A program made the position numbers and the translations under genes. The notes beneath the pieces are model-generated. The model saw nothing but the letters and a program-made list of their open reading frames with translations, had not been told where the DNA came from and made no database searches. 64,000 bases of DNA from Paraphysomonas bandaiensis (lineage: Eukaryota; Protista; Chrysophyceae), in contig CBFFRP010000284.1 in assembly GCA_965644295.1 (NCBI GenBank), positions 124,001-188,000 on the forward strand, given 5' to 3'. Position 1 is the first letter of the stretch. Each line of letters opens with the position of its first letter. Below are positions 63,217 through 64,000 of the stretch, piece by piece.

Positions 63217-64000
63217 CTACTCAATTATACCATAGAATCGCAAGAGCCAGTAAGGGAGAAGCCATTCCGAAGGTGAGTACTCGACATACCCACCGCCGGC
63301 ATCATAAGCTGAGGCGCTGCTGTAGGAGGAATCAAAGAGGAATGGGTCAACCTGCAGAGTGTTAGACATAAGTATCGATACAAAAATAGGCAAACCATAC
63401 ATTCCAATGTCCTGTTGCTCTTTCCTGCAAAACATACATCAGGAAAACAATAAACACATACTATTTTACGACCTGGGGAGGGCGAATATATCGCATCTGT
63501 ATCTTTGTAGGATCATCTCTACCGTAGTATGGCTGTGTTTCACAATCCCACCTACCAGTGTTGTGTATACCCCATGCAATCATATCAGTCGACCATAATT
63601 GCAAGGACTGTACCGCCCTCTCTACATCGTCAAACTGCACTGGAATCCCGCCAGCCCCAGCAACTGCAGATAACCACAAGGGGGATCGTTCGTTTCGTAC
63701 AATACTCCACCACCGCCTGAGCGAAGGAAGTACTGGTGCCGTCATTTCCTGTAGTGTCCGTAGCCTCAGCTCCCTTTCCTCCTGTCGATAGAACAGTCTT
63801 AATAGAGCACTCGCATACAGCAGTCATATCACACACCTCCAACAGGCCACTCACTTCCTTCTCTAAACGCAACTGCGCATAGAACAGAGTGTGATACGCC
63901 ATAAACCTGCGGACATGATCATCGCACTCGAAAGGGGAGGTAAGAAAGTAGTTACCCGAGTTGGTTGTCGGAGTGGTTATCGTCAAATGGGTTATCTATC
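63217..64000 (-). CDS. 3' part of an uncharacterised protein (runs off the window)
   Basis: Spliced exons DNHSDNQLG|FMAYHTLF...SLQLWSTDMIAW...|VDPFLFD...EYSPSEWLLPYWLLRFYGIIE*. Confidence 0.7.

Overview
Gene-dense eukaryotic DNA, most likely a stramenopile/ochrophyte protist (inferred from gene content, short ~45-57 nt GT-AG introns and the standard code). About 18 protein genes are present, 14 of them in head-to-head pairs. Recognisable products: ADAT2/TAD2, a PHD protein, a Methyltransf_24 enzyme, FPGS, RPT4, a ~2800-aa WW-C2-ARM protein, a fatty-acid hydroxylase/sterol desaturase, PQBP1, a TM-kelch protein, a Tudor-containing membrane protein, a giant gelsolin/villin-like protein, an animal-type alpha-amylase, an FkbM methyltransferase, a HET-like/ankyrin protein and a GH3 beta-xylosidase. 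The window also holds a NOP2 pseudogene fragment and a hAT deletion derivative. The main discovery is a ~0.5-kb non-coding retroposon family with 7 copies in 64 kb. Four copies have 11-14 bp target-site duplications, copies end in an (AT)n tail, and one is 5'-truncated. The 5' ~87 nt fold like an HDV-type ribozyme and resemble the trypanosomatid ingi/L1Tc 77-79 bp signature. This looks like a RIME/NARTc/SIDER-like element outside kinetoplastids. Every copy lies downstream of a gene 3' end. All alignments, folds and splice models were done by eye; no database searches were run.
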